A stretch of 64,000 nt of DNA from Eledone cirrhosa. Lineage: Eukaryota. Of the stretch, positions 15,270-29,751 are shown piece after piece. Where the stretch lies: assembly GCA_964016885.1 (NCBI GenBank), contig OZ024743.1, forward strand, positions 112,530,001 to 112,594,000. Direction: 5' to 3'. Positions within the stretch are counted from its first letter, which is position 1; the number at the start of each line of letters is the position of its first letter. The notes under the pieces were generated by a model. The model saw only the letters and a list, made by a program, of their open reading frames with translations. It made no database searches and was not told the origin of the DNA. The translations under genes were made by a program, and so were the position numbers.

Positions 15270-15760
15270 TGTAAACATCATTATTAATATAAAAATGGCT
15301 ACTGCGAGATTAAAACTGTTTCATTCGCATGAAACCATCAGGAATTTTCTGATGATTTCATACGAATTAAACAGTTCTAGTCCTGTTTAAGCGATTTCTG
15401 TATTAAATAATGATTATTTAATAAATAAATAGCTTCTACGAGACTAGAACTATTTCTTTCGCATGAATTCATCAGGAATGCCCTGATGACCCCATGCGAA
15501 TGAAACAGTTCTTGTCCTGTAGGAGCTATGTCTATATTAAATAATTGTTTCTACTTTAGGCACAAGGCCAGCAATTACCCAGTGCATTACTGGTACTTTA
15601 TTTTATCGACCCCGTAAGGATGAAAGGCAAAGTCAACCTCGGCGGGATTTGAACTCAGATCGTAAAGGGACGTAACTATACTGGAAAGCATGGCGTCCGA
15701 CCCTCTACCGATACTGCCAATCCACCGCCCCATGTCTATATTAAATAATGATGTTTACAC
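15270..15760. repeat. Two tandem ~120-bp palindromic units carrying CTGATGA-ATTC-ATGC-GAAT-GAAAC-like arms
   Basis: AACTGTTTCATTCGCATGAAACCATCAGGA/TCTGATGATTTCATACGAATTAAACAGTT and a second similar unit at about 15430-15530; outer GTAAACATCATT/AATGATGTTTAC inverted ends. Confidence 0.7.
15546..15731 (-). mobile_element. Full-length family A SINE with an 18-bp target-site duplication
   Basis: Complete head-to-tail copy; ATGTCTATATTAAATAAT at 15528-15545 and 15732-15749. Confidence 0.92.
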
Positions 15761-16439
15761 TCTACTATATTAAATAACGATATATAAATATATATGGATG
15801 TATGAATGCATATGTATGTATGCCTGCATGCACGCATGTATGTAGATATATGTTCATGAAAATCATTAGTGTAGAATTTTCTAGGGTTAAACAGAGATAG
15901 CTAAATATCCATTTCTATTGTTATGTTTTCTATTCATCACCGTCATCGTGTCCAAGAAAGAAAAAAAAAGATCATTACCTTAGCCCCGAGAGTCAGAATT
16001 ATACAAGAGTAATAGTAATGTCGAGGTTGTTGAAGCTTACATATTCCTAGGAAATATCTAGAGACTAGAAAATTGCTATAATCATTGTGGACGACATGTT
16101 GTCTTCATATTAGTGAATTCTCTTTTTCTCTGAGGCTAAGGCAATTAACTCTCGATAACTCAGATCTTCTCTGTGTAAATAGGTCCCATGTGCATGTACA
16201 GCATCCGTTAGTTTGATGTGCATAGTTGAAATACACAACCTGATGACCTATTAGCTTTAAGGTAGCAACATTTTATTCAGAGAAAATTTGAAAAAGGAGT
16301 TACTCAGAGAAGGGATTGATAAAAGGTTTAGTATGTCAACATGAGGATAGCAAACAAGTACAAAGCCAAGCCTTGCTACCCGAATCGATGACGAGGGGAA
16401 TATAGCGCAATGCTAAGAATTGATAGATTGCTTCCTTTT

Positions 16440-16680
16440 TGTGCGGGTCGCCGTGGAGAAAGCTGGTGTCCTCTGTCGCACGATTACCGTTTCCTCCGCA
16501 TAATTTGGAGGAGAGCCTAACGCCTGAGGCAGGATCTTGTCGGGTGGAGTGGCTGATGCAGCGGGTTTCGCTGACTGTTCACCGCGGTAAAGTCATTGCC
16601 ATTTTGTCTGCGTGGAGCAATTGCGATACACCAGGACTGGGGTGTAGTGTCTGCAATTCCTTCCTCTTTCATTTACTTTC
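16440..16680 (+). pseudogene. Possible 3' remnant of a CRE-like RLE non-LTR retrotransposon
   Basis: GC-rich island translating as EWLMQRVSLTVHRGKVIAILSAW, similar to the L.QR.S.A.QRGNA..IL terminal motif of CRE-type elements; short match only. Confidence 0.45.
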
Positions 16681-17074
16681 GATATCTAGTTATTCTTTTT
16701 CTTTTTACATAGGCTGATATTTGTTTATAATATTTTCACAAAGCCACGCATTTGGGTGACGGTTCAGTTAATGAGATCGACCCCAATACTTGATTTGTTA
16801 TATTAATATTGCTTATATCATAGACGAACTTTAACTATCACCACGAGCCTAAAGATTGTATATGTGTATATATACATATATATGTGTGTGCATGTGTGTA
16901 TATATGTGCATGTGTGTATGAATGAACCCGTAACTTCTGATGTGGGACTACAAGTGCAGCGTAGTGACATATAACGTGGCTTGGGCAAATTTTCTAAATT
17001 GGCAGAGTCCATCTTGTTTCCATTCCTGAACGCACCCGAATTAGTCCAAAAAAGGAGAGAGAAAGTGTGTAGCA

Positions 17075-17822
17075 CATTGACCCCACATTGACTGGTAATT
17101 TTTTTATCGACCTCGAAAGTGTGAAAATCACATTTGAGCTAGGCGAAATATGAACTTGGAGCGCAGAGAACTAAAATGAATACCTCAAATCAATATATCC
17201 GACGTTCTACCAACACTGCCAATTTACCGCCCTAAATATTTTATATTGAATACCATAACTTTGGCTTTGATCCTGGTTTTCTAGAGCTGCAGAATATTTT
17301 TTTGTAATGAAATAAGGTTAGTTATTTATGCCAACTTGATCATAAGAAAACTCATGTGATGGGCATTAAAGTAATGCAATGTTTCTGTGGTGACTTATAT
17401 ATTAAATGGTATGTTCCAATGAACGAAAAAAAAATTGAGCCTCCTTGAATTATAGTTTGCGAGATCTCATTAAGTCATTGACCATTCGTTGGGCCTTCAG
17501 TTTAAAAATCTGTGGGTAATAGACTGAAACAATCACTAAATTTAACTGTGACATCTATAGACTTTAAATAGAAGATACGCATTAGATAACATAAATCTCG
17601 TATACACCTTTCCTGCCTTGAACACATCTGATTTCTTCGACAGTAAGAGAGAGAGAGAGTAAGTGAGAAAGTGATATAGAAAAAACAATCAACCCCTGTA
17701 CTAGACTGATACTTTTTATAGACATCGAAAAGATGAAAGCCAAATCTAACCTTGGCGAGATTTGAACTCAGATTATGCAAATCATTCTATCCAGCGTTCT
17801 AACGACTTTGTTAATTCACCGA
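17075..17822 (-). mobile_element. Two degenerate family A SINE copies (about 17075-17233 and 17685-17822)
   Basis: Diverged TTTATCGAC.TCGAAAG.TGAAA...GATTTGAACTCAGA motifs. Confidence 0.6.
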
Positions 17823-18894
17823 CTCTCAGACAAGACTTACCCGGAGCTAATCACCAACTATTGTCAAATGGAGTGATGTATAATGGAGTGATGTAGAATA
17901 GGGTGATGTAGAATACGGCAACAATTTGCATTTCGATATTTAATTCCGACTCTTTGCAATCGTAGCTGAAATCCTGCCGAGGTTACATATGCTTTTCATA
18001 CTTTCTTCCCCTATAAATAAAATATCAGTTGAGGGTTTCGAGATGTTGTTATAGTGTTGAACCGATACATTGCGACAGCACTGATACCAAGATATATCAA
18101 CTTTGACCTTTTGGTGGCGTGGCGTAACAACTTCATTGACGTGAATATACGATGAATTGCAGATGAAACAATGCGGGGTATTCGTTCCGGTTCTCTGCGC
18201 TCTGATTTAAACTCTGATTTAAACTCATCCTTTCGAGGTCGATAAAAATGTACCAGTTTAGTAATAGAGTCGATTCTTCCTCTATGTCTATTTCTCACTT
18301 TTTTCACATATTTTTCCTTCTCTGGACAATATTAGCAGAGTTCCAATATTGTGAGAAATTGACTCTGTTTCATGACAGTGCCCCCCATGACGGCATCTGG
18401 GGTTACGATTCCATACATACGTCAGCGTGAATTAGGGGTAGGATTGCAAGCATGCGAATTGCGGCTACACTTTTCAAAAAAGGAAAAATATCTTACATAA
18501 GACAACGCCTTGCAGTGGAACTTTTTCACATGCAGATACGGAAGCCCCGGGTAGAATAAAATGTTTTATTATAAAATATTCTTTACTTATATCACAGGAA
18601 ATTTATATTCATTCATTCAGCATTTATCTACGTATGTCAATATTTTGAGTTATTACAGTTTTCTTCCATCTATGGAATTGAACTGACTAGGAAACCTAAG
18701 ATGCTTCTGTTCTCAATAAAAAGTTGAAATATTTTTCTTCACCAAGCTAAACATCATCATCAATAACATCTGTATCATCATAATCTTCATCATCAACAAC
18801 GACAACAATTTATCCATGTCATCACCTACGTCACCATAGCCAACAGCATCAACAACAGCGATATGCTCACAATTTTCATCAGTTTTTCCTTATT

Positions 18895-18986
<92 letters not shown>

Positions 18987-18992
18987 GAGACG

Positions 18993-19023
<31 letters not shown>

Positions 19024-19168
19024 CTGTCATTAGAACAGAGAAATCAACAAACGAAATTAACTATTATCACTATTACCTACGGGGTTGTCTCTCCCGGGGG
19101 CGGATACTTCTATTTCTTACAAATCTTCAGTGCAAACTTATAAACCAATGTATCATTGATATAATTAT

Positions 19169-19269
<101 letters not shown>

Positions 19270-20004
19270 TAAATATATATACATTATATACATAGAGAGA
19301 GAAGGCGAAAGAAAGAGTGAGAGAATATCTAAGAAAGGGGAACGTAAGATAGGAGAAAATGCGCAGAGCAAAACTGCGTAAGTTGAGAATGGTGAAAGAT
19401 GAAGGAAGACAGCTATGGATTTTTATTGAGTTGGGATGATAGTGTTTTGAGCTAATATTTCAAAAGTTGATGATGGATAAATTCCTGAACGTTTGTTGAC
19501 GTTTACGATCCGTCTGTCGGGAATTGGATACAAATAATCTTCACTAAGCTAGACCTTCACACAATTGAATCATGCCTAAACTGCTCTTAATAATTCTCTA
19601 AATTCTGAGCCCTTCCATAAATTTATCATAATCATATTCACATAACTTGCGGCTGTGGTTTTCCCTCTTATGACTGGTCACAAAACCATATAAGAGCTAT
19701 ACAGCTTTTATCACACGTTCCGCATTTCTATATTGCCTTTTATATGTGTTTATTTCTGATATATTATTTTTATTTATTTATTTGCCACTTTCTTTCATTG
19801 CATTTTCTTGTTATGTCCAGATATTTCTGACGAAAACGTTTTACTTTCATATTTATTTTTTTTATTTCTTATTTGTTTTCCAGCTTAAGCCCTTTAGGTA
19901 AAAATAATATATAGATTCTAATAAATGGATTTACATCTAATAGAAATTCAAATGCACAAGCAATTATGTACACACACACACTTATATATATGTGTGTGTG
20001 TGTA

Positions 20005-20139
<135 letters not shown>

Positions 20140-20680
20140 ACGTATATATAAGTACATATGTGGGTATGTATGTATAATATATTACCTATGCATAACAAAA
20201 TCATGCTTTTATTCTTTGCTTTTACCAAACTAACCTCCTGCTCATATTTTTTTACCTTTGCTCTCCCATAGTTATAGTTAAATAATTTCCTATTAGACAT
20301 TACATTCTAATAATACCTCATTCGTGCGTACTATATGAGCTTTATTTCTATTTTTCATATATTTGGTATTCCTCTCTTAATAAAGAATTGTCTGAAGATT
20401 ACATTATGTTAGTTCAAACTAGTTGATAGAGGAATAGAATTTAAATTAAGATATATATATTGGACTCCTTGTTTCCCAGTCCGTAAACGAATGTGATGAG
20501 GTGCTTAAAGTCCCTCTTCTGTCATGACTGACTATGAGTTTACATTTGGAAAGTTGCTTTCCAGGATACATGTCTGTTCAATGTGTATTGTGGAATTCAG
20601 CAGTGACCTGAGCATACAATTTCTCCCTTCTCTATGCCACGGATCTTGTCCAAAGCAAAGGTAAAGTGCAATATTGCTTG

Positions 20681-20795
20681 GGAACCAGGTGAACCATAAC
20701 ACACCAGAGTACTCGATACTTAGGGTAGTAGAGTGGGTATTAGAAAAAGAGTCAGGACCCCGACATCTGAGTTCTGGGCGTTTCGACAGCTAGAT
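20681..20795 (-). repeat. Dispersed repeat, inverted copy of 30956-31070
   Basis: CTCGATACTTAGGGTAGTAGAGTGGGTA..AGTCAGGACCCCGAC..CGTTTCGACAGCTAGAT is the reverse complement of the 30956-31070 sequence. Confidence 0.8.
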
Positions 20796-20960
20796 ATATA
20801 TATACATATACATGTAAATTTAAGGTATCAATCTAGACTACAAATTTTTCTTCGAAATTTGTGCTTTGTATATCTATAATATATTGTGTATTCTCGTGGA
20901 GATATGGTTCTTTATCTATATACATATATCTTTTAGATTGAATTATATATATATTAACAT

Positions 20961-21017
<57 letters not shown>

Positions 21018-21300
21018 GTGTGGGGGTGGTGGGGGGTTGTCTATATACACCATATATACTCACTACATCACTGCATATACTGTTGTTTTAAGCTTTAAGA
21101 AAATATAAAAGCCGTAACAGCTTAGAATAAGTAACATCGTAAATCGTATGTGCACTACATATATATAGTTACACAATATACAGGATAAAGGAGATATACA
21201 CTATATATAAATGATGTTGTCCAAGAGAAAGGCAAAGGGCGATATAGCTAACACAGTGTCGTTGCAACTCATTTATTATTGTGTAGTGAAGCAAAATGAA

Positions 21301-21480
21301 ATAATTGTTTCTACTTTAGGCACAAGGCCAGCAATTATCCAGTACATTACTGGTACTTTATTTTATCGACCCCGTAAGGATGAAAGGCCAAGTTAACCTC
21401 GGCGGGATTTGAACTCAGATCGTAAAGGGACGTAACTATGCTGGAAAGCATGGCGTCCGACCCTCTACCGATACTGCCAA
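21301..21480 (-). mobile_element. Near full-length family A SINE
   Basis: Nearly identical to 15546-15731. Confidence 0.9.
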
Positions 21481-21724
21481 GTGTCTCACTCACCACGCAC
21501 CGCATACTCCTGGAATAGATGTCAGGATCTTATAATTTTGATTCCAACACCCAAACCAGTAAGACTTCAATGATGTGGTGCTTCACTTGTACAATCCAGA
21601 TTACTTTAATAAATATCCGGACCTCCTATTGTTGCAATACATATCTTAGACCTTATCTTAATGCATTAAATGTCTAGAATATTGTCTTCATGCAATAAAT
21701 CAATATCAAACTCATTTTAAAGCA

Positions 21725-22095
21725 GTGGAATGGACCAAACTATAAAGAGTCTGGCTAAATACTTTGTAGCATTTAGTTCGGCTGCTTTATAGTCTGTGTT
21801 CAAATCCCACCGAGGTCAACTTTGCTTTCCATCGACTTTCCTCTCCCCACAATTACTAGTTTTGTGCCAATGTTAAAAATAATTATTATAGTATGGTGGT
21901 AGAAGGGAAGAAACTTTTGAACGTCGGACAAAATATTTTGCTGACTTTAGTTACGGCTCTGAAATCAAATTGCAACATAGCATTTCATCTTTCCGGCTGC
22001 GATAGAATAAATTATCACCCTAGTACTGAGTTCGATGTAATCAATGTTACCTTCTCTCAAATTACTGGCCTTGTTCCAATGTTAGAAAGAATTAT
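21725..22095 (+). mobile_element. Two degenerate tandem family A-related SINE copies
   Basis: GTTCAAATCCCACCGAGGTCAACTTTGC and TTGTGCCAATGTTAAAAATAATTATT / TGGCCTTGTTCCAATGTTAGAAAGAATTAT tails. Confidence 0.55.
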
Positions 22096-22960
22096 ATTGT
22101 GGTGTATGAATTATGTACAAATTGTTTAACTGTGAAATATTTAGATGAATTAAACTATATGCAGCTTAAGTAAATTATTAATGACGACTGGCGAGTTGTT
22201 CCAAGAGATCTCATTCTACTATAAGTTATTCGTTGGTTTCGTACTAAGCTGACATTTAACAAAGTTTAATTTTGTATCCAGTATACTTTTTTTAGTATAA
22301 GTCTTTAAATAACTCTCAAAAAATGTTTAAAGTCTATACAACTGTTAAGCATTCATATGTTGTGTCTATAATATCGATACAATCTGCATTACAAATTACT
22401 GATCTTATGTATTATATCTTATGTATTACATTAAATATAAATATCAATAAGCTCTCAAATTTCTGCAGAATCTCAGCTATTTATTGCCACATCAAAATAA
22501 TTAGTTTCATTATTATTTACTCGCAGAAGAGCATCAAACAATATAAAGATTATTTTCGATGCATGGTTATTTAAAAGTCAGAGTCACTGATTGAACTATA
22601 GTAATTCTTCACAAAACCTGATGCATTTTTAAACGAACATACAGTTATTGAAAGATAGAATTCAACTATGACAAACTGGATAAATATATATACGGTTATT
22701 ATTAATATAATTAAATCAAATAATAAAGAAATGGTGTTATTTCATAATGGTAAGAAATAATCTTTTTAATTCTTACAACAATAGTAACTAATATACCTTT
22801 ACTCAATATATCTAACTCGCTTTTAATTGAATGTATTATTAAAACTGATTCTTCATTTAATTATGGTTGAAATATGAACTAATTAGTAAGTATGAGTTAG
22901 CGTCTAACTACACCCAGTGTGGTAGCTGTCATTTTAATACATAAATTACAATATATTGTT

Positions 22961-23055
<95 letters not shown>

Positions 23056-23062
23056 CATCTTC

Positions 23063-23142
<80 letters not shown>

Positions 23143-23678
23143 TAAAATTTGTATATATATATATATATATATATACAAATTTTAGTACAGCATCAACGAA
23201 GCTTTTGGTACCAGCCAAGCTAACGAATGCAGTTTCGGTGTGCAGCTAAGCACTCAATGGAGAATATTACCCCAGAGTTATAACATTACCTTTAGACAGC
23301 TTTGCAAATCAAATACAGCGACCGATAGACAGGCCGCAGAGACCATAGCGACGAAAAAACTGAACTCAGGAAAAATCTTTGACTGACCTGGACCATCGCG
23401 TAGACATTACATGCAACACATAATGTATACCATACAATATACATCACATATAACATAGAACATCTCCGCTAGGTTTCTGTAAATCCGAAATCGACAAAAT
23501 GAACTTGCAGGGGTTTGTAAGTTAATGGCTTTTGACGACAGAACAAAGGAATTTACTTCCTCAACAAGTTTTTCGTTCTGTTTCTCACGGGTGTGCGTTC
23601 TAGCAGTAAACACAGCAGAGGCACATGGTTCTCCCAAAGGGAGGTAACCCCCGTGTTGGCGGTCAATTCGAAATTTGG

Positions 23679-23783
<105 letters not shown>

Positions 23784-24549
23784 ATGAGTGTATGTATTTG
23801 TATGTGTGTGTGTATTTCTGTGTGTGTATGCGTGCGGTTATATGTATGTTAGTTTGTGTGTGAGATTCACAACATTCACACCAAGTATCAGTAAGATTTC
23901 AACTGATTATAGACATTCACAAAGAAAAATTACCCTTGCACTTCGACAAATGTAATAAGTAGGATAAAACTGGTCCTAAACTATATTAGACAAAATTTTC
24001 AGCCATGGTTTTCCTATTAGTAAAACTTTTATGCACTTGTATTCACAAATTCCCTTGCTTGAATGAACAATCCTTCCGGTCAAAGGATATTATCAGTGTC
24101 TAGATAGCCAATTGCTGTTTATTTGTTTATTTGTTTATTAATCTATTTATTTTAACCTCACAAAAAATACAACAGATAAATCGAAATCATTTTTTTCTGT
24201 GCCCAGATGATTTGTGCTAAAAAAAAATGTATATGTAAAGAAAATGGTTCTTATCTCCCCTTTCCACGACGATGAACAGAAAAGGAACAAGTGTCCCTTG
24301 TGGATAGAAAGTTTACCATGGCAGCTTATCTCTTCACTCATTCAAGCAACTAATCTTTAGTTCGATGTATTTAAAGAATGCTGTATCAAATGTAAAAATG
24401 AAAGAAGCCTTATCCAAGGATATAAAATAGGCCTCACATTATGTCCTGGAGCATGGTTAATATGGCGATACTAACAAACAAACAATACAGCAGCAGACGT
24501 CATCACCAACACTGCCGTCGTCACTGTCATAGCAGCAGCATCACCAGAG

Positions 24550-24624
<75 letters not shown>

Positions 24625-25019
24625 ATGATGGTGGTGGTAGTAGTAGTAGTAGTAGTCGTTCCTCACATTGTTAATACTGTTTTGTGTTTGTATGTTGGAT
24701 ATTTTGTTTTGTTTTTGTTTTGTTTATGTTTTATATATTGTTTATGTTATGGTAATGCAGTCGATCCCTTAGTTGCACTTTTAACATGGTGGAATTTTTT
24801 CAATCTCGTATCTAACGTAGCAATACATCCTATCTTGATGCCATGTATAAACCAAGATTAACCCCTTCCGGACAAGAATCTAATTAACATATACAATTAA
24901 ATATTATCATTATTAAGTACTCTATATTCCTACAAAAAAAAAAATTGAGACCAAAAGAAAACCAATAAAATACAAGTAATCGATTAAATGTTTAAAAAAA
25001 AAACTTACAGTAAAAGTCG

Positions 25020-25646
25020 CAACAACATGCATAATGGAGATCAGCTCAAAGAAATAGATACCTTCAAGTATCTAGGATCCACTCTAACCAAGAACATCAA
25101 ATTACCGAAAAGAGATAATGACAAGACTGGGGTTGGCGTCTTCTGCTTTAATGAAAGTGAACAACATATGAAAAGGCAGTTCCTTTAGTTTTCCAACGAG
25201 GCTCAAGTTATACAAGTTCCAGATCATTCCCGTCGTTCTGTATGGCTGCCGACAAAGAACGAAGAATCCAGACATCCGAGTACAAATGCTTCGGCAGGCT
25301 GATACGCATCCTTTGCACAAAGCACAGAACTAACAAATTTGACAGGCGGCGTCAACAAATATGCTGGCAGACAAGAACAGCTTGCGGTGGGGAAAAAACC
25401 GAAGCTTGCCTTGTATGGTCGCGTACCCTGCCAAGACTCCTCCTCTAAAACCATCAATCAAGACACAGTTATAGAATAAACAGACATCCTGGTCCGGCAA
25501 CATCATAACTTACCATGTCACAACACCGTCTCCTTTCTACGCACGTCACAGTTTAGAAACATGTAAGGACCATTGAACGCAAAACTGTCTTGAGCGGCAC
25601 CTCACTGACTGGCTGCACTAGTTACGAGAACTTGATGGTGATGATG
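25020..25646 (+). pseudogene. RTE-clade LINE 3' fragment
   Basis: NGDQLKEIDTFKYLGSTLT, RLKLYK..IPVVLYGC, ERRIQTSEYKCFGRLIRILCTKHRTN: RT C-terminal and thumb motifs of RTE elements; ends in a (GAT)-like tail. Confidence 0.8.
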
Positions 25647-26025
25647 TCAGAGACAACTTTAATATCGTAGTGTGTTAGGTTTGTTTTATATCTGTATTTA
25701 ATGACGCTGAAAATATATCTCTCCAATGAGTTCATATGGTTCATGAGAAATCGCTCATCATAACTATATTATTTAGTGATTAATTTATTTACTCATGTGA
25801 TCAGCAGTTATTTTTCAATACATTTTTTTACAGTAAGAAAATAAATATACGATTTCAAATATAAAGATGTATTTGTGTGCTTGTGTGCGTGTATGTGTAT
25901 CTCTGTGTGAGCGTATGTATATATATATATATATATATATAAGCAAAGGGATATTTAATTTGTTGGTAATTCAACAAATATATTTATAACAGATTCGAAG
26001 CAATCAACAGATTGTCTGGAGTATA

Positions 26026-26334
26026 ATATCATTGATATTAATAAATGGAAACTATATTTATAAAACCATATTTATTCTATTATATATATTTCAAGGGTAC
26101 CAAACCTTTGGTACGCCCTCAACAGATAAAATACAAAGTTTGTTTTCTAAATATTGACGTATCCAGGAATGAGACCTTAACATGAACCGTTAAGGTCTCA
26201 TTTCTGGATATGTCAATATTTAGAAAACAAACTTTTTTATTTTATCTGATGAGGGCGTACCAAAGTTTTGGTACCCTTGAAATATATAGAATAAATATGA
26301 TTTTATAAATATAGTTTCCATTTATTAATATCAA

Positions 26335-26340
<6 letters not shown>
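26026..26340. repeat. ~315-bp palindrome with a hammerhead ribozyme motif in each arm
   Basis: Arms are reverse complements centred on GAGACCTTAAC-ATGAACC-GTTAAGGTCTC; right arm has CTGATGA(26246)-GGGCGTACCAAA-GT-TTTGGTACCCTT-GAAA-TATATA. Confidence 0.85.
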
Positions 26341-26371
<31 letters not shown>

Positions 26372-26702
26372 TGTATAGTATATTTGGCAATATACTGTAT
26401 GTTTAATTAAAAATATTTAGAAGACCATTCTCTATGAGTTCTAAAGTAGTGACTATGTCACTTACTTATTCTCGGTAAACACAACAGAGAGCAGCCGACA
26501 GACAGCCTGTTTCTCGCTTGTGAGCGTTTATCAAAACCATATACTCCGCTGCCTTTGCCGAGAATTATAGAAGCTGGATTCTTATACAATTCCAGTAATA
26601 ATCAGGAGCTGATTAAACAGAGCGATTGCCGGTCCAGCAAAAGTTAGGTATTAGTTTTAGTGCTCTGAAATAGCGATGGATGTATACATGAATGTATGTA
26701 TA

Positions 26703-26748
<46 letters not shown>

Positions 26749-26756
26749 TATATATA

Positions 26757-26806
<50 letters not shown>

Positions 26807-26856
26807 TATATATAGTATATATATATATATATATATATATAGTATATTTATATTTA

Positions 26857-26931
<75 letters not shown>

Positions 26932-27449
26932 TAAATTACAATTGCTTCCTTCTCCTCTAGTCAATTCTCATCGATATATTGACCTATCGAACAAAGGTGA
27001 AATATATTTAGTGATAGATATATTGGTATGTTCAGGAATGTGAGAGCAATAATATTTCACTAAAGATTCCCACTGTAATGAAATTAATTCAGGATTTCAA
27101 TTCTTTGAATATATATATATATATATATAATAGTAAAGAAAGAAAAAAAGTAGAATATGCTAAAGGGATTTTCTCTCAGAATAACAGCAAAATATTTATT
27201 TACAAAATAGGAATCTCCGCATTATTCGAACCGGTTTCAGCTTGTAGGCTTCTTCATGCGATGTAATTAAACTGCATATTAATAAGAACAATAAGAATGC
27301 GGGAAAAAAAATATGTTTACATATATATATAAATATATAAAAAGAAAAATTCACATTTTTGTCTGTAGTTTTCATTCTGTCGCTCTTGGTGCTGATCTTA
27401 GCTCTGTCACCATTAATAGTGGAAGAGCAGGGAAGAATCAGTTCGTTCT

Positions 27450-27800
27450 GTTTACCGACTTATGCCAGGGTGGGTCGAGGAGGTAAAGTCCTCAAACACA
27501 CCTTTCGGATGGTCCTATTCGAAGAAACCGTCTGTAATTAGTCCAGCTGAACCCACAAGCGAAGCCAACCGAGTGCATGGATGTTATCTAGCCATCTAGC
27601 TTATTATTTATCTTTGGGTCTGCTGCCGTGTGGCTCTTCCGAATATCTTTTCAGCGATTCTTTCCTTTAACATTATATTCACATATTTGTAGTATCATAA
27701 CAGTGGTAATTCAATTCGAAAAAGTAGCGGCTCTACCTTGAGTGATTCTCCGATCTTCGAGCTACGCACTTTATCAAGTAACGTTATTCCAAAGGCCCTT
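27450..27800 (-). pseudogene. RTE (Expander/Rex3-like) LINE 3' fragment
   Basis: Minus-strand TLLDKVRSSKIGESLKVEPLLFRIE and RWLDNIHALGWLRL...LRTLPPRPT match the C-terminus of Rex3/Expander-type RTE proteins. Confidence 0.7.
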
Positions 27801-28278
27801 CGGAGTTTCCTCTTCTTTTGGCTTGTGTTCGCGGTTGTATTCTTTCGACCATTGACCAAGATTTATGACCATAGGTAAGGGTTGGCACGAACAACGAATT
27901 AAAGATAACATGTTTTCTTCCTATTTTTTCACGACTTACTTAACCTTTAACATTTACATTACTCTATATATACTATTGTATTTTTGTGGTAAAGGCTTTA
28001 TCTCACATAATTGTTTCTACTTAATCTCACATAATATCGAATCTATGAGATTTTGATATTATTTATTTTCAGAACAATACCTTAATATCAGTATGAGTGG
28101 CCGGTTACAGCCAGTTTTAGCAGAAAGAGGTGAGAAAATTATGGCCGGATATGGCCGGTTTAAATGCTAAAGAGTTAAGGAACCTGGCTGCTATTCCTGC
28201 ATCTCCAGTGACAAGATTAGCTTGATCTACCTGGACATGCATAACTTTCTAGTAATAATATAAAAAGTTATAAGATTT

Positions 28279-28478
28279 NNNNNNNNNNNNNNNNNNNNNN
28301 NNNNNNNNNNNNNNNNNNNNNNNNNNNNNNNNNNNNNNNNNNNNNNNNNNNNNNNNNNNNNNNNNNNNNNNNNNNNNNNNNNNNNNNNNNNNNNNNNNNN
28401 NNNNNNNNNNNNNNNNNNNNNNNNNNNNNNNNNNNNNNNNNNNNNNNNNNNNNNNNNNNNNNNNNNNNNNNNNNNNNN
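28279..28478. other. Assembly gap (200 N)
   Basis: Run of N. Confidence 1.
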
Positions 28479-28529
28479 CCTTGGGGATGGGATTGTGAGA
28501 AAGTGGAGTTGGAGAATGCTGAAAGATAA

Positions 28530-28554
28530 AAGTGAAGGGAAGGAGGAAAAATAT

Positions 28555-28597
<43 letters not shown>

Positions 28598-28960
28598 AGA
28601 AAGAAAGAAAGAAAGAAAGAAAGAATGAATGAATGAATGAAAGTAAATAAGTGAGAAAGAAAGAGAGAAAGAATGAAAGAATGAATGAATGAATGAAAGA
28701 CAGAAAGAAAGAGAGAAAGAAATTAAGTAAGGAAGTAAGACACAACGAGAGAAAAATATACAAAGAAAGAAAGAAAAGAGGGAAATATATACAAAGAAAG
28801 AAAGAAAGAAAAGAGGGAAATATACAAAGAAAGAAAAGAAGGAAGGAAAATAAAGAAAGAAAAAAGAAAAACAATAAATAAACAGAAAGAAAGAAGAAAT
28901 GGAAGAAAAAATGAAGGAAACCAATAAAGAAAGAAACCATTAAGCAGAGAAGAGAAACAG
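28530..28960. repeat. Purine-rich compound (GAAA)n/(GAAT)n tract
   Basis: Read directly; a related inverted tract lies at about 29790-29970. Confidence 0.85.
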
Positions 28961-29154
28961 AAGGAAGGCAGATAGACAAAATTTGCAGGAGACATGGAAG
29001 AAATATTAAAAGAATGAAAGTGTGTAAAATTATGGGGGAAAGAGCTAGGGTCAATTATATTGACCCCAGTAATTCATTTCATCTCCTTCGGAATGATGAA
29101 AGAGGGTTTTGCTTAGATGGAATTTGAAATGAGAATATAAAAAGCTGGAAGAAA

Positions 29155-29587
29155 TAATTGTTTCTACTTTAGGCACAAGGCCAGCATTTACTCAGTGCAT
29201 TACTGGTACTTTATTTTATCGACCCCGTAAGGATGAAAGGCAAAGTCAACCTGTGCGGGATTTAAACTCAGATCGTAAAGGGACGTAACTATGCTGGAAA
29301 GCATGGCGTCCGACCCTCTACCGATACTGCCAATCCACAGAAATAATTACAGTGCATTCTTACGGTGCTCTAATGATGCTGCAAGTCTACTGAGAAATAA
29401 AATAATAATTGTTTCTACTTTTGGCACAAGGCCAGCAATTATCCCAGTGCATCACTGGTACTTTATTATATCGACCCTGTAAGGATGAAAGGCAAATTAA
29501 CCTCGACGGGACTTGAACTCAGAATGGCAAGGGCCGTAACTCTATGCGTCAAAGCATGGTGTCCGACTCTCTACCGATACTGCCACC
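29155..29587 (-). mobile_element. Two tandem family A SINEs (about 29155-29337 and 29405-29587)
   Basis: Both closely match 15546-15731. Confidence 0.9.
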
Positions 29588-29675
29588 ATAAAATAATAAT
29601 TAAAGAATTAAAGAATTAAAGATCTGGAAGAACAAAAGATTTAATTCTTTTATTTATAAAAATGTAATCGATATC

Positions 29676-29751
<76 letters not shown>

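Noticed and set aside
28227-29054. Phe/Leu/Ser-rich ORFs
   Set aside because: Translation of (TTTC)n tracts running into the N gap.
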